From assembly GCA_038217285.1 (NCBI GenBank), contig JBBQPO010000194.1, forward strand, positions 1 through 11,853: 11,853 bases of DNA, given 5' to 3'. The notes under the pieces were generated by a model, which made no database searches, was not told the DNA's origin, and saw only the letters and a program-made list of their open reading frames with translations. This document shows, piece after piece, positions 9,073 to 11,853 of the stretch. Position 1 is the stretch's first letter, and every line of letters begins with the position of its first letter. Origin of the DNA: Chthonomonadales bacterium (lineage in GTDB: Bacteria; Armatimonadota; Chthonomonadetes; Chthonomonadales; Chthonomonadaceae). The position numbers were made by a program, and so were the translations under genes.

Positions 9073-11698
9073 CTACCCCACTCCTTCTCCTGTCAGATAG
9101 TGCGTGAGAGGTTCTCCAAGCAAGCTGATAAGCTTTAGCAGATGCTCCTCGACAAAGTTGTCGTATTCCGTGTCTTTATTGCTGCCTGCTGTCTTCTTGT
9201 GCAAGGCGCTTACACCCTCTTCGATAAACTCATCATAGAGCGCGAACGCCGATCTCGCGTTCTCCGTCTTTGAATGCCGTATTCTGACAAACTTCTGCAG
9301 GATGCGAAACATGACTTTGCGAAACACCGTTGTTTGCAGCCGATAGTGCTGAATCCGACTTCGGAATAACCAGTGAAAGGAGTTGTCGTCCGTCGCACCC
9401 AACAGCGTCAGGTTCCTGTACGTCAGTCCAGGCGCGTGCGAGGTGCGGGACGGCGGGACTGGCTGTCTTCGCGGTGCGCTCCGTCAGTCCAGGCGCGTGC
9501 GAGGTGCGGGGTTCGGTAGTCAGGGCTGTGCGAATATAAGATGCGTCCGGCATTTTACGTGTCGGCAGCCCGACTCCCATCTGCATGCGATCAAAATTGG
9601 CGCGGACAGTGGATAGGATGTCCAGGGTATCGTATCCTAATCGAAGCGATTTGCTTCCCCTGGTGATGGCAAGATGCCAGTCTCCCCTGGTCGAGAAGCT
9701 TCCAGGCAGCCGTATCGGAGTATATCCTGCGAAGTTCTCATCCTGGGTCGCATGGACGGCCGTGGAGTACCAGTGGCGCACGGCCACGGAGGGAAACGCG
9801 CGGCGAGGCAGTATGTCGAACCCGGTATCGGTTGCCTGAAGCATCTCCGCGTCGAACGCTTCGGCCATGAGTTTCAATGTAAAAAAGAGCGCCGCGCGCG
9901 CCACCTCGTTTTGCAGCAGACCGATAAGATTGAGAGGCTGTTTTGGATCACGCCTGGAGTTTGGCGTGTCGCGTATCTCGTCTGCGAGAGTTTGGGCCGC
10001 GCTCCATTCCTCTTCGGGGAGGCCGGTGCGTTTCGCGCGATCAACAAAAAACAAAAACTCTGAAAACCAGATCTCCAGTATCGTTGCCGTGAGATTTTCC
10101 GGCGATGTAAGATCGATATCGAAGGGCTTTAACTTGTGACCGGCTGTCCAGTCGGCAATAAAACAACAGGTCTCCAGAAATAAGCGCCATCCGAGCAGAT
10201 CGAGGTTGAATTTATGCTTGTCCAAATCATCTATTCGCTTTTTATCGTCTTCTCTGCCATAAGGTCCTTTCTCAGAAGAACGACCTTCGTCCGCCGAATA
10301 TGTATAGAACCCTCTCAAACCCTTTCGACCCAGACTGCGATCCACGCGTGCGAAACGCAGTATCTCGGCCATCTCTCTCACCTGGAACTTCGGCTTGTCC
10401 GGATCACGTTTTTTGATCCACTTTTTTCGATTCGTGTCGGGCAGAGGAATTTCGACGATGTACGCGCTCCGCCAGGCGTCCGGACGGGTTAAGATCAGCC
10501 CGAAATCCCAGGTGAACGGAACCCTGTCTTCTCTATCCTTGATCCAAAACGGATCGAAAGAACTATCCGACTCCGCTTCCGGATCGGTAGAAGTGCGTGG
10601 GACATCCGGATCTTTCGGCGTTACGACATGGTTATTTAGCAGAGGGCGGTTGATTTGAGAATACGAGTCGTTATATATCTTGGCTCTGGGGATTCCCTCC
10701 CTTGTTTTGCTGAGGTAGGCCTCTTTAAGAGGATGCAGGGAGGCGCGCGCCTCCCAGAACTCCTCGACAGCGACGACCTGGGTGTAGTTCTGCCGGGTAT
10801 CGCGCTGGAGGAAGATCGTGTCTCGGAGCAGATCGTATTCCATTTCTTCCACGATGGGCTGATCCTTTGGCTCTCCGGGCGTGATCTTGTGGAGCAATTC
10901 GCCAATCGTAGTTGCGTAGAGACGTTGGGCAGGCGTCTGTCCGAGAAGCCTCAGATGCAGCCTGACCGGTTTGGGATTCCCGGTCTCGAAGCCTTCATAG
11001 CGCTCCAAACTGGGATCGATCTCAATGAGACCGTGGTTCCGTTCGACCTGTTTGACTTCGCGGACGAGAGTTCGGCCATCCGCATGCTTTTGCGGTGTGA
11101 CGGCGATCGCGATGCGTGCATCGCCCGGTACGCGCCATGTATAGATCGTCTGATCTGCAATCTGTGCGAGTCGACTCCGGCTCTGATACACGGAGGGAAG
11201 GGCGCCCGTATCGGTGCGCGACTCCGTGATGAGCGTTGTCACACCGCGTCTCTTCAAATGGAAAATCAGCAGAGGGAGGAACTGTGAACTGGCGGCGACA
11301 TCAGGATATCGCTCTTCGATGAGAGCCCAGTCACCCAGGGTGACAACGACCTTCGCCGCTTCGGCTTGCTGCTCTGCAGTCAGCTTCGACACGTCGACGT
11401 TGTGGGGAAAGGCCCTTCGCAGCCCCTCTTCGACACATTCGGCGATAGTGGCGAACAGCACGGAAGCAGAGTTGGTATTGATCTCCAGACGCCGACAGAT
11501 AACACGAGCCTCGATCTCCGCTAATTCCCCCCATGAGGGTACGCTCCGCGTCTGAGGGGAACGCGAGGCAAGGGATCTCGTTGAGTTCCTTATACGGTGA
11601 ATGCGCGCAGCGATCTCCCAGGAGTCCACATCCCCGGTTGTGAGGTGAACGATAATTGGTATGACCTCTGAACGGGGTTCGCGCAACAGCGCTTGCAC
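9073..11698 (-). pseudogene. KaiC/RAD55-like domain fused to a solute-binding-protein-like domain; frameshifted by a 61-bp insertion; 5' end uncertain
   Basis: N-part: VVVTLGDW, HLKRRGVTTLITE, LAQIADQTIYTW, TLVREV resemble the C-terminal half of a RecA/KaiC fold. C-part: RVPFTWDFGLIL, AVRHW, LPGSFSTRGDWHLAITRGSKS, GVGLPTRK resemble family-1 sugar SBPs. Deleting one 61-bp unit joins ORF 9233..11698 to ORF 9073..9402 in frame (854 aa). Confidence 0.65.
9421..9510 (-). repeat. 29-bp exact direct repeat around a 32-bp unique segment (CRISPR-like repeat-spacer-repeat)
   Basis: CGTCAGTCCAGGCGCGTGCGAGGTGCGGG at 9421-9449 and 9482-9510; intervening ACGGCGGGACTGGCTGTCTTCGCGGTGCGCTC (9450-9481). Confidence 0.95.
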
Positions 11699-11853
11699 GG
11701 ATTGCCGGTAAGGCCATCGCTGACAAGTTAAGGTCTGAGTTGGTTCGTCAATAGCCGAACAGTGTCTAGTGATTTGGGTCTTTTGGCCTTGATAATCGCA
11801 AGAGCCGAAGCTTTGCGAGCCAGATATTCAATCGGATCATCGGCCAAGCCCCG

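Noticed and set aside
9233-9481. C-terminal ~80 aa of the 821-aa ORF
   Set aside because: Out-of-frame read-through caused by the 61-bp insertion; the real C-terminus is ORF 9073..9402.
9421-9510. A bona fide CRISPR array
   Set aside because: Only two repeats, weak palindrome, no leader or cas genes, and one repeat is native coding sequence. Kept only as a possible off-target integration.

Overview
GC-rich bacterial accessory region with several decayed genes. Left end: the 5' part of an IS200/IS605-family tnpB (no tnpA), frameshifted by a 50-bp structured insert. Three co-oriented IS605-type end hairpins and a 3' remnant of an acyl-CoA ligase follow. Middle: four intact genes (secreted alpha/beta hydrolase, YghX-like dienelactone hydrolase, tyrosinase, PhyH-family Fe/2OG oxygenase with HxG instead of HxD). 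Next is a furA-katG operon in which katG (Tat-like signal) has one in-frame TAA and furA survives only as fused N- and C-terminal stubs. Right: a small membrane protein, further gene fragments, and a large gene fusing a KaiC/RAD55-like domain to a solute-binding-protein-like domain. That gene is frameshifted by a 61-bp insertion made of a 29-bp exact duplication plus 32 unrelated bp, the geometry of type I-E CRISPR spacer integration, at a site resembling a I-E repeat. All family assignments come from motif recognition by eye, with no database searches.
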